Assembly: GCA_965261975.1 (NCBI GenBank)
Contig: CBDHEC010000031.1
Location: 1 to 43,780, forward strand
Reading direction: 5' to 3'
Origin: Alphaproteobacteria bacterium
Lineage (GTDB): Bacteria; Pseudomonadota; Alphaproteobacteria; UBA6615
DNA length: 43,780 nt
Below, piece by piece: positions 1 to 8,130 of the stretch. The notes below the pieces were generated by a model that saw only the letters and a list, made by a program, of their open reading frames with translations, was not told the DNA's origin and made no database searches. The stretch's first letter is position 1; every line of letters begins with the position of its first letter. A program made the translations under genes and the position numbers.

Positions 1-12
1 AACAACGATCAT
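1..12 (-). CDS. 5' end of probable HisH-like glutamine amidotransferase (WbuY-like), runs off the window
   Basis: ATG at 12 overlaps the hisF-like stop (ATGA) and reads M-I-V-V, a typical HisH N-terminus. Only 4 codons are visible. Confidence 0.45.
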
Positions 13-779
13 GACGCGGCCTCCGGACGGACGGGGATTCCCGCTTCGTGCATATGTCCCTTCAGGGTTTGCGGCGGACATTGTTCATAGTGGAAGAGGC
101 TGGCGCAGGCGACCGCGTCGAGCCCGTCCTCCACGACAGCGGCCACGACGTCCGCGGCCTCGCCCGCGCCGCCGGAGCCGATAACCGGCACACGCACTTT
201 CGCGCGCACCGCCCGGAACAGGTCATGATCGAAGCCCCGGCGCGTTCCTTCCGCATCGACCGAGGTGACGAGTATTTCACCCGCCCCCAGCTGCTCCGCT
301 TCGGCGACCCATTCCAGTACATCGACACCGGTGCGCTCGCGGCCATTGTCCGTAAGCACTTCCCAGCGTTCCTCGCTGCGCCGCTTTGCCTCGACCGACA
401 GGACGATGCATTGGGTGCCGAAGGTCTCGGCCGCTTCGCGCAGAAAGTCCGGCCGGGCAATGGCCGCCGTGTTGATGGCGACCTTGTCGGCGCCGGCTCG
501 AAGCGCCGCGACGATATCATCAATCGTCCGGATACCGCCGCCGACCGTCAGCGGTACAAATATGTCCCGCGCCGCATCTTCAACCACCGGCAGGATGTTG
601 TTTCGGCCGTACAACGACGCGACAGTGTCCATGTAAATGATCTCATCGGCCCCCTCGTCATAGTAGCGGCGCGCCATCGGGCCTGGCTGGCCGACGATGC
701 GCAGGCCCTCCAGGTGGATACCCTTGATGACGTTGGGGCCCTTGATATCGAGGCGGGCGATCAGACGTGGTGCCGGCAT
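9..779 (-). CDS. hisF: Imidazole glycerol phosphate synthase cyclase subunit paralogue (HisF/WbuZ-like, glycan-cluster type)
   Basis: RLIARLDIKG, ADEIIYMD, PLTVGGGIR, GADKVAINTAA, GAGEILVTSVDAEGT and SGGAG motifs. Start taken as ATG 779 (MPAPRL), 2 nt after the upstream stop. Confidence 0.88.
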   Translation of the reverse strand: MPAPRLIARLDIKGPNVIKGIHLEGLRIVGQPGPMARRYYDEGADEIIYMDTVASLYGRNNILPVVEDAARDIFVPLTVGGGIRTIDDIVAALRAGADKVAINTAAIARPDFLREAAETFGTQCIVLSVEAKRRSEERWEVLTDNGRERTGVDVLEWVAEAEQLGAGEILVTSVDAEGTRRGFDHDLFRAVRAKVRVPVIGSGGAGEAADVVAAVVEDGLDAVACASLFHYEQCPPQTLKGHMHEAGIPVRPEAAS

Positions 780-781
780 GA

Positions 782-1588
782 CTAGCTTTCGGACTGTGTT
801 GCGTTGCGCCGACGCCAGTCGACGACGAATTCGATGGCCGGCGCGGCGGAAAATATAACGCTGGCGGCCGAGCCGAGATATCCCGTCCGCGCAATTCCAG
901 CCTCGACCAGCGCGGCGACGCCGGGGATGAACCATTCGATCGGATACTCGATGTCACGATAGGCGACCCAGCGCCGTTCCCCGCTCTCGATGACGGGGGC
1001 TGCCTTGTCGATCTGCGGAACCTCGCCGATCAGATGCTGGGTCATGTGAAACAGCGATACCGTGTCGTGCGGCGCACCGATAAGCAGAACCTTGCCACCG
1101 AGCTCGACCAGCTTGCCGAGCGGCGACGACGGGCCGAAACGGTTGTCGTACGGGTGCTCCGCGACAAGCGCGTCCGCCGCAGCACCGAGTGCGGCAAAAG
1201 ATGATTGCGGGTGCGGCGAGCGCCGCACGCCGGGATAGCTGCGGAAATACTCGGCAACCTGGCCGATACCGCGTGTCGGCGTGCGCACCGGGTCGTAGGC
1301 CGGAACCTGTGCGCGAATCTCTTCGATACGGTCAGCCGGGACCGGCGGGTGTTGCCACTCCGCCGGGTCGGACAGGTCACCGGAAAAGGCCGGCATCATG
1401 ATCGTGCCGTCGGGCCCGACCGTCATGGTCAGCGCCTCGACCACGGCACGTGTGCCGCCGATAACGAGGCCGAGCGACTTCATCCCGGCATGGACACACG
1501 CGATATCGCCCGCCTCCAGTCCAAGTGCGCGCAAGCCCTCCGCAATGGACGCGGTGGTCGCGATTCCGGAGGCGACGGGCCCGGTCAT
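782..1588 (-). CDS. AAC(3)/YokD-family N-acyltransferase
   Basis: VHAGMKSLG, GTIMMPAF, TPTRGIGQVAEYFR, RSPHPQSSFAALG, SPLGKL and GKVLLIG motifs of the Antibiotic_NAT family. ATGA overlap with the upstream gene. Confidence 0.88.
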   Translation of the reverse strand: MTGPVASGIATTASIAEGLRALGLEAGDIACVHAGMKSLGLVIGGTRAVVEALTMTVGPDGTIMMPAFSGDLSDPAEWQHPPVPADRIEEIRAQVPAYDPVRTPTRGIGQVAEYFRSYPGVRRSPHPQSSFAALGAAADALVAEHPYDNRFGPSSPLGKLVELGGKVLLIGAPHDTVSLFHMTQHLIGEVPQIDKAAPVIESGERRWVAYRDIEYPIEWFIPGVAALVEAGIARTGYLGSAASVIFSAAPAIEFVVDWRRRNATQSES

Positions 1589-2541
1589 GACTTTGGCTGT
1601 TGCTCGCGAATTTCCGGCAATTCGCGCGCCAAGCGCACCCGATACTCCTCAACGAGATCATCGCGCACAAAAATCGCATCGCCGGAGTAATATTCGGAGC
1701 CGGGATAATGTTCCCATTCGGCGACCACCTCGTAGCCGGCATCGCGCATTGTCGCCGTCACCGATTCGCGGTTCTCATCGCCATTCAGCTCGATCGCCCA
1801 GGAACGCACCTGACGCTCGGCAAGCAGTCGTTTTGCACCAACCATGACATGGTTCTCGAAACCATCGACATCGATCTTCACATGCGTGGGTTCCGGCAAG
1901 CCGAGCGAATCGTGCAAGCCGTCGAGCGAGACGGTCATCAGCCATTGATGGCACAGCACCGGCTGGGTCTGGCGGCCACCGCGGTCGTAACTTTCCGGTT
2001 TGCCGACCGAGTTGCGATTGGCGCCGGGGATGGGCCCGTGATGCATGTAGAGTTTGCAGTGGTCCATCTTCTCGTCACAGCCGGCCTGGATCACCTCGAA
2101 GTCGTCAAGCTTGTCGGGGTCCTGCAGAACGATCGTCTTGAGAATGGTCTCGACACTCGGTGTGAACGGCTCGACGAACGCGACCTTGCAACCCCACAGA
2201 TGGTTGACGAGGAAGCCTTCGAAGCCGTTCGACGAACCGATGTCGTAGAACATCTCGCAATCGTCGATACGTCGCAGCCATGCGAACACCACATCACGAT
2301 CGCCCTGGCGGCCGAATTGGTAGTAGCGGCGAAACTGCCTGTAGGAACGCACAGGCACCGCGAGATCGCGTCCATCCAGCTGGCGCACCGCGACCCATTC
2401 GGCAATCGATCGGTCACGATAAAGTCGCCCCTTGTGGCGTTGGCGGAACAACACGTAGTCGCGCAGCTTGTGCCATTTCGGTTGCAGGAACCGTTTCGCG
2501 GGCGGCGGCAGTGCCCGGCTGAGAGTGTGAGCAATAGTCAT
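1585..2541 (-). CDS. FkbM-family SAM-dependent methyltransferase
   Basis: FYDIGSSNG SAM motif, FVEP, and PTHVKIDVDGFE FkbM signature. Start taken as ATG 2541 (ATGA overlap with the upstream stop). Confidence 0.85.
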   Translation of the reverse strand: MTIAHTLSRALPPPAKRFLQPKWHKLRDYVLFRQRHKGRLYRDRSIAEWVAVRQLDGRDLAVPVRSYRQFRRYYQFGRQGDRDVVFAWLRRIDDCEMFYDIGSSNGFEGFLVNHLWGCKVAFVEPFTPSVETILKTIVLQDPDKLDDFEVIQAGCDEKMDHCKLYMHHGPIPGANRNSVGKPESYDRGGRQTQPVLCHQWLMTVSLDGLHDSLGLPEPTHVKIDVDGFENHVMVGAKRLLAERQVRSWAIELNGDENRESVTATMRDAGYEVVAEWEHYPGSEYYSGDAIFVRDDLVEEYRVRLARELPEIREQQPKS

Positions 2542-3527
2542 TTGGACAGCATCGATTTGAGCTTCATGCGGAGGTGAGAACCAATAAAGGCGTTCTCGAT
2601 CAGGAAAGTGATCGGGCCAAACGCCCATGTCTTTTTTATCTTGTTCCACTTGTACCGGTCGAACGGCCGGACATGACTGCTGTCGGCCCCCAGCACACGC
2701 AGCTGACGCGATGACAGGCCACCAATGTCGCAGCTCCAGATGGGCAGCGGGGTAACCTGCTCGTCGCCGAAAATGTCGGTTCGGTAGTAATCGACAAGAA
2801 TCAGCGTGCGGTCGGCGCGCGACGGATGATCGGGGCCATGGAAGCCGCTGTCGTCAAAGAGGACGATATCGCCCTTGCGACCGTCAAGCCGCACCATCGT
2901 CGACAATATCTCGTCCTGCATCTCCTTCGGGTAACTGTTCAGCCGCTGGCCATGCGGCGCACCAAGCTTGTGTGTGCCGGTGCAGTAACTGAACGCACCT
3001 TCCGATGTGTCGTGCAGATAGATCGCACCGCCGACACCAAGCGGCAGCTTCATGGTTTCCTCGGTGATCGGCGAAACATGATCCGTACTCTTGCGCCAGC
3101 CCGCCGCGAAGTCCGAATGCATCGGGAAATAGACATAGCCCATGCCACGATCCGCCTTGAGATTGGTCTCGGCGAGGATGCATTTGCTGCCGAGATAGGC
3201 CTCCGTGATATCGAGCACCCGCTCGTTGGCGATCACAGGATAGACCGGCGCCCCCAGCAGGGTCGGCTGGATCACCTTCTTCTGATGATCGGCGCGGTAG
3301 TAGCCCCACACCCCGGCGACCGACGGCTGCCGAAGCATCTCTTCGGTACGCGCGGCGACGGCATCGACGGCAGCCTTCGGCAGACACCCACGCAGGATGA
3401 CGTAGCCGCGCTCACGCAGGTTGCGAACGGCGAGATCGATATCCGGATTCTCCCCTTCGATGATGTAGGAATCGGGAAGCGGCGCTTCGGATGCTTCACG
3501 AACAATCGTCTCTGGTTCAGTTGGCAT
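2538..3527 (-). CDS. Phytanoyl-CoA dioxygenase (PhyH)-family Fe(II)/2-oxoglutarate oxygenase
   Basis: GYVILRG N-terminal motif, HxD (MHSDF), GTHK, and KGDIVLFD..GFHG distal His. Start ATG 3527 follows an AAGGGG RBS. Confidence 0.8.
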   Translation of the reverse strand: MPTEPETIVREASEAPLPDSYIIEGENPDIDLAVRNLRERGYVILRGCLPKAAVDAVAARTEEMLRQPSVAGVWGYYRADHQKKVIQPTLLGAPVYPVIANERVLDITEAYLGSKCILAETNLKADRGMGYVYFPMHSDFAAGWRKSTDHVSPITEETMKLPLGVGGAIYLHDTSEGAFSYCTGTHKLGAPHGQRLNSYPKEMQDEILSTMVRLDGRKGDIVLFDDSGFHGPDHPSRADRTLILVDYYRTDIFGDEQVTPLPIWSCDIGGLSSRQLRVLGADSSHVRPFDRYKWNKIKKTWAFGPITFLIENAFIGSHLRMKLKSMLSK

Positions 3528-4992
3528 TGCGGACCCCTTCTTCAGCAGCGGTTTGTGACATGTCGTCGAACGTTGCCTGGAGACTGGAATACAAGGCGTC
3601 GCCAAGGTCTTCCGGCTTCTCGTATTCAGCCGGATCGATCGTCGTTTCATGCATCGCGGCAAGCATGAATTCGCCTTCGCGCGCAAAGGCGGCACGTTCC
3701 TCGTCGTTATATTCGATCAGCCGGTGCAGGACGTTACCGGTCTGCGCAAGATCGGTCGCGACATCGACATGCGGCAAATGGCCGAAATAGAGGCTCGGGC
3801 TGTAGGCCAGCACCGGCACACCAAACGCCGCCGCCTCGAAAGCACTGCGACCGAGCAGCGAAACGACCGCCCGGGATTTCCGGATCAAGGGAATGGCAAA
3901 CTCGCGCGGATCGATCAGCAGAACGTTCGGCATGGTGTCGAGCATTCGGTAGAAGCTTAGATCGCGGTAGCCGAGCGCCGGCACATGATCCTTGATCGCC
4001 AGATAGGTGCCAACGGGCAGTTCCTTGGCGACCTGATGGATCATCGCAGTCTGGTCGAAGAATTCCGGCGTCTGTCCCGACAGCAGGACTTCGGGCTCCA
4101 TCTGCAAAGGCATGAAGACAAAGGGATGGCCCGCCTGCGTCAGCTCATCGGCGGTCATGCTCGTGCGCACGAGATGACGGAAGACGCTGCGTCGCTTGAA
4201 ATGAAACTTGATGTGCCGCCAGGGGCTGTAGCCGAAGCGCGTGACCTTGTCATACCGGCGCAGGTGCCAATAGACCGTGCGGACAAGAATGAGAATCGTG
4301 GTTTTCAGCAACACCCGCAAACTGATGCCGGCGAAAAACTTGCGGCGGATATCCATGTGAAAGGGCGGCGGCTCCAGCATATCCGACGACAATGACTCGC
4401 CTGCGGCGCGCACGCGCTGATGCGCGGCCAGCATCCACTCACCATTCACCTTCATGCCGTCTTTCCAGATCATCCGGTCGTGCAGGAAGGAATAACCGAG
4501 GCAGCGGCTGGGTATCTTCCGACCGCGCGCAACATCGCAGACGACGCGTCGGCCGTTCATGGCAAGGGTGACCCCGTGACGCTCCATGATTTCTTCGACC
4601 GCGTGATACATCGCGACGAACTGACGAATCCATTCGCGATAGGGCAGCGAGGTTTCGATCTTGGTGTAGGGGAATGACGTGCTGCCAGTGAAATACAGGC
4701 GACGGTCGGCGAGGTTGTAGTGAAACACCGTATCGAATCGACGCTCGATTTCACGCGCCGCGGGAATCAGATCCTCGTCATCGGGCGGCAGATGGTCGAG
4801 CATCTCCGAGGTGGCATACACCGCTTCGAACATGCCGGTGTCGAGCAGCGGCTTGATGTCTTGCGCGAAGCGCACGAGGCCGATCAGTCGCGCGCCCTGC
4901 TGTTCTTTGAGCATGCGCAGCATCGGCATCATGAACTTGCGCTCGTCGCCCGTTCCCTCGAACAGAATGCATTGCGTGGGGAGTGAACTCAT
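3517..4992 (-). CDS. Capsule polysaccharide biosynthesis protein (Capsule_synth/KpsS-like glycosyltransferase)
   Basis: C-terminal FVFMPLQMEPE, LAIKDHVP, LIRKSRAVVS and AFEAAAFGVPV pattern of the KpsS/KpsC-related family. Confidence 0.7.
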   Translation of the reverse strand: MSSLPTQCILFEGTGDERKFMMPMLRMLKEQQGARLIGLVRFAQDIKPLLDTGMFEAVYATSEMLDHLPPDDEDLIPAAREIERRFDTVFHYNLADRRLYFTGSTSFPYTKIETSLPYREWIRQFVAMYHAVEEIMERHGVTLAMNGRRVVCDVARGRKIPSRCLGYSFLHDRMIWKDGMKVNGEWMLAAHQRVRAAGESLSSDMLEPPPFHMDIRRKFFAGISLRVLLKTTILILVRTVYWHLRRYDKVTRFGYSPWRHIKFHFKRRSVFRHLVRTSMTADELTQAGHPFVFMPLQMEPEVLLSGQTPEFFDQTAMIHQVAKELPVGTYLAIKDHVPALGYRDLSFYRMLDTMPNVLLIDPREFAIPLIRKSRAVVSLLGRSAFEAAAFGVPVLAYSPSLYFGHLPHVDVATDLAQTGNVLHRLIEYNDEERAAFAREGEFMLAAMHETTIDPAEYEKPEDLGDALYSSLQATFDDMSQTAAEEGVRNAN

Positions 4993-5037
4993 GCGTTTGT
5001 CGATCTATTCTGTTTCACTGGTTGGTGCCGGCATCGG

Positions 5038-6696
5038 TCAGGCGACTTCCTGCGTGGAAGATGTCGTGGTGCGCGTTTCGCGCAGTGCGAAAATCTCGGC
5101 CCGCTCGGCCCGGAGATGTGCGGTCAGCTTCTCGATCACGGTTTTCTGCGCCGGGTCGTCGACGATGTTCAGCAGTTCTCGAGGGTCGGCCTGCTTGTCA
5201 TAGAGCTGTTCGACGGCCAGCCGATCGCCATCCAGCGTCGCCATGATCTTGTGGGTGGGCGAGGTCACGGTGAAGTAGATCTTGCGGCGAGCTATATCGG
5301 CGTTCCCGCTGCCGCAACTCTCCGAGACGATGGCCGGCCTGCCACCGCGAAAGATGCTGACGCCCTTGAAGCTGTCATGGGCGGGTACCGCGAGTGAGTC
5401 GAGGAACGACGCCGTCATGCCCATGCTGTCGGTCATGCCGGAATCGGCCGGGTCCGCCTGCGTGTTGGCCAGGATCAACGGAACCTCGATATCCTCGTAA
5501 TGGGTGCGTGAGCCGATTCCCGATTTCTTGCGGGGGCTTTCGGCGTAGTAGAGACCATGGTCGCCGGTCGCGAGTATGACGGTGTCGTCGAGCTGGCCGG
5601 TGCGCTCGAGCGTCGTCAGCACTTTGCCGAGCAGGCCATCGACATACATCAGCGCGGTGTCGTAGAGCCAGCGCCGGCGCGTCTGGCCACGCAGGCGGGC
5701 AACCATCCAGCGCGGCAAGTAACGCAAACGACCAAGAAGGTGCAACGGCCGGCTGATCGATCGGCAGTCATGCACGTCCATCATGTGCATATAGATGAAC
5801 CAGCGATCATCCCTGTTCTCTTCGATGACCCGGCACAGCGGCGCGACGATGTCGCCGAAGACGACAGGAAAGTGCGACATGGCGAGAAAAGGCCAGAGCG
5901 TCTGCGACGCGACCCAGCGGCGCGTCCGCCATTTGACGGATTCGAGGGCACGGTGCCGGAACAGGCGCAGGCCTCCCGGGTTTCGCTCGCCGAGAAAGCG
6001 CCAATATATGCCCGGCGCGATACCCATAACCTTGTCGAAGACAATGTCGGGATTGTGTTCCAGCAAATCCCGCTCGGCCCTGCAGCCCTCAGCAACCCGG
6101 CTGTTGATACGCCTGAGCTTCTCGGGCCAGAGCGACTTGTCGTGATGTTCGATCATCTCGACGAGGCCGTCGAGAAACAGAGCGAAGTCGCCCTTCACCT
6201 GCGCGACATCGGCCGTCGTGTCCGCGGCGCGAAGCGCTTCGACCTGAAAACGCACGGTCCGGCCGACCCGTTGTTCGAGCAGCAGCCGGAAGTCGGATGT
6301 CGTGCGCACCGTATCAAAACCTCGGCCATAGCCGGTCGCGGCGCCGAGCTGGTTGCAACTCGCCAGCAAATGCGTTCGCAGGCCGGCTTGCTGCAGGGAT
6401 TCGGCGAAGCTCTGCGGGCGCAGCCGGATACCGTTGTCATAGCCGCCATGGTCGAGCGGGTAGGTCTGCGAGAATATCGCCGGCGTGACGAACTGCGTCG
6501 ACTGCGCATTCGTGACCACCCGGCGCACGAAGCCGCGGTCGATGATGCGCGCAAGGTTCGGAAACATGAACTCGCGCGCCGGGGCGTTCGACAAGGTGTC
6601 GAAGCGCAGCGCGTCGATCAGCAGGAACAGGCCGTTGCGCGGCACGGCACCTGCGGCCGGCGCTGTCATCTCGACATCGTTGCGCGTTTCGCTCAT
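5038..6696 (-). CDS. Sulfatase-like hydrolase/transferase (alkaline phosphatase superfamily) with Thr at the nucleophile position
   Basis: LLLIDALRFD, STQFVTPAIFSQTYPLDHG, YMHMMDVHD, YDTALMYVD, ATGDHG, EVPLI and LYD..ADPREL.N motifs. Start ATG 6696 overlaps the pyk stop. Confidence 0.8.
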   Translation of the reverse strand: MSETRNDVEMTAPAAGAVPRNGLFLLIDALRFDTLSNAPAREFMFPNLARIIDRGFVRRVVTNAQSTQFVTPAIFSQTYPLDHGGYDNGIRLRPQSFAESLQQAGLRTHLLASCNQLGAATGYGRGFDTVRTTSDFRLLLEQRVGRTVRFQVEALRAADTTADVAQVKGDFALFLDGLVEMIEHHDKSLWPEKLRRINSRVAEGCRAERDLLEHNPDIVFDKVMGIAPGIYWRFLGERNPGGLRLFRHRALESVKWRTRRWVASQTLWPFLAMSHFPVVFGDIVAPLCRVIEENRDDRWFIYMHMMDVHDCRSISRPLHLLGRLRYLPRWMVARLRGQTRRRWLYDTALMYVDGLLGKVLTTLERTGQLDDTVILATGDHGLYYAESPRKKSGIGSRTHYEDIEVPLILANTQADPADSGMTDSMGMTASFLDSLAVPAHDSFKGVSIFRGGRPAIVSESCGSGNADIARRKIYFTVTSPTHKIMATLDGDRLAVEQLYDKQADPRELLNIVDDPAQKTVIEKLTAHLRAERAEIFALRETRTTTSSTQEVA

Positions 6697-8126
6697 TGCG
6701 CCGCGCGCTCCCAGCCCAGGCTGGCAACCAGCTCGGATATCCGGTTGACCTGCAGGCTGTTCATGCGATTGCCCGGATAGGGATAGGTCACGCCGGTCGT
6801 CAGCACGAGATCCGTCTCGTCGAGGAGGCCGCGCTGCCACAGCATCTCAAGCACCAGCCCGAAATGGTCCATGCTCGATTTCGGGAACGGTACGCTGCTG
6901 TGCACACCGAGCGTGCCGGCGATCAGGTTGAAGCTGCGTGCCGCAGCGGCATCGTCGCTCACCGCGATAATCGACTGACTCGGCCGCCCGGCCGCGATCA
7001 TGCGGGCCGCGAATCCCGAGCGTGTAATCGCCACGATCCTGGTGATCGGCAAGGCGCGACACATCATCGGGATAACCCGCGACATCACCTCGGGAACCGT
7101 ATCCCCGATGTCGGGCGCTTCGGCGTCGAGAAGATTCTGCGCGTGGACTTCCGAGGCTTCGGAAACCTCGCGCATCAGTCGGACCGCTTCTTCGGGGAAC
7201 TCTCCGATCGCGGTTTCGCCCGAGAGCATGGTCGCCGCACAACCGTCAAGCACCGCGTTTGAGATGTCGCTGACCTCGGCCTTCGTCGGGAAGGAATTCT
7301 GAATCATGGTGTGCAGCATCTCGGTCGCGATGATCACCGGCCGACCGTGCCGGCGGGCCGCCTCGATTATCTGCTTCTGGCGCAACGCCACGTCATGCAG
7401 GCTGGTTTCCACGGAGAGATCGCCGCGATCGACCATGATGGCGTCGGCGGCCTCGGCAATTTCGTGCACATTGTCCATGCCGCCCTGGTTCTCGACCTTG
7501 GCGACGATACGTGGCGATGTCTCACCGATCAGATCACGGAACTGGCGAATTTGGTCGGCCGATTCGACAAAACTCAGGCCGATAAAGTCGACACCCGTCT
7601 CACGTGCGAAGGCGATCATCGCCTCGTCGCGCGGCGTGACCGACGGGGTGTTCAGCTTGACGAACGGCACGTTAATGCCCTTGCGGCTGCGCAGCTGGCC
7701 GGCCGTCTCCGCACGGCAAGTGATGTCGCGCCCCTCGACCCGGGTCACCGTGAAGCGGAGCGTGCCGTCATCGGCCAGAACGATATGGCCGACCTCGAGG
7801 TCGGTATGCAGGTCGGGATAATTGACCGGCACCTTGGCGCTGCCGTCGTGGTCCGGCTCGGTTGTCAGGACGATTTCGTCGCCCAGCTCGAAGCTCGGCT
7901 CGTGGGCCAGTTGCGTGGTGCGAATCTTCCGGCCCGGGATGTCGAGCAGGATCGGTACATCCGGCAGCACCCGGCGCACTTCGGTGATCGCGTTCCTGTG
8001 CCAGTCCAGGTCCGCATGCGAGCCATTCAGCCGCGCCACATTCATGCCGGCATCACGCAATGCGAGCAGCGCGGGCTCGGACAGGCTGCGCGGGCCGATC
8101 GTGCATACGATACGGGTTCGATCCAT
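6693..8126 (-). CDS. pyk: Pyruvate kinase family protein with divergent active-site motifs
   Basis: RTRIVCTIGP, GMNVARLN.SH, KGINVP, IVAKVEN, RGDL, MLSGETA and a C-terminal alpha/beta domain. Start ATG 8126. Confidence 0.85.
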   Translation of the reverse strand: MDRTRIVCTIGPRSLSEPALLALRDAGMNVARLNGSHADLDWHRNAITEVRRVLPDVPILLDIPGRKIRTTQLAHEPSFELGDEIVLTTEPDHDGSAKVPVNYPDLHTDLEVGHIVLADDGTLRFTVTRVEGRDITCRAETAGQLRSRKGINVPFVKLNTPSVTPRDEAMIAFARETGVDFIGLSFVESADQIRQFRDLIGETSPRIVAKVENQGGMDNVHEIAEAADAIMVDRGDLSVETSLHDVALRQKQIIEAARRHGRPVIIATEMLHTMIQNSFPTKAEVSDISNAVLDGCAATMLSGETAIGEFPEEAVRLMREVSEASEVHAQNLLDAEAPDIGDTVPEVMSRVIPMMCRALPITRIVAITRSGFAARMIAAGRPSQSIIAVSDDAAAARSFNLIAGTLGVHSSVPFPKSSMDHFGLVLEMLWQRGLLDETDLVLTTGVTYPYPGNRMNSLQVNRISELVASLGWERAAQ

Positions 8127-8130
8127 GAGG

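Noticed and set aside
780-935. Long N-terminal extensions in the ORF track (hisF to 935, FkbM to 2649, PhyH to 3695, sulfatase to 6840, pyk to 8252, sat to 9336)
   Set aside because: They overlap upstream genes. Internal starts at stop/start overlaps match the family N-termini.
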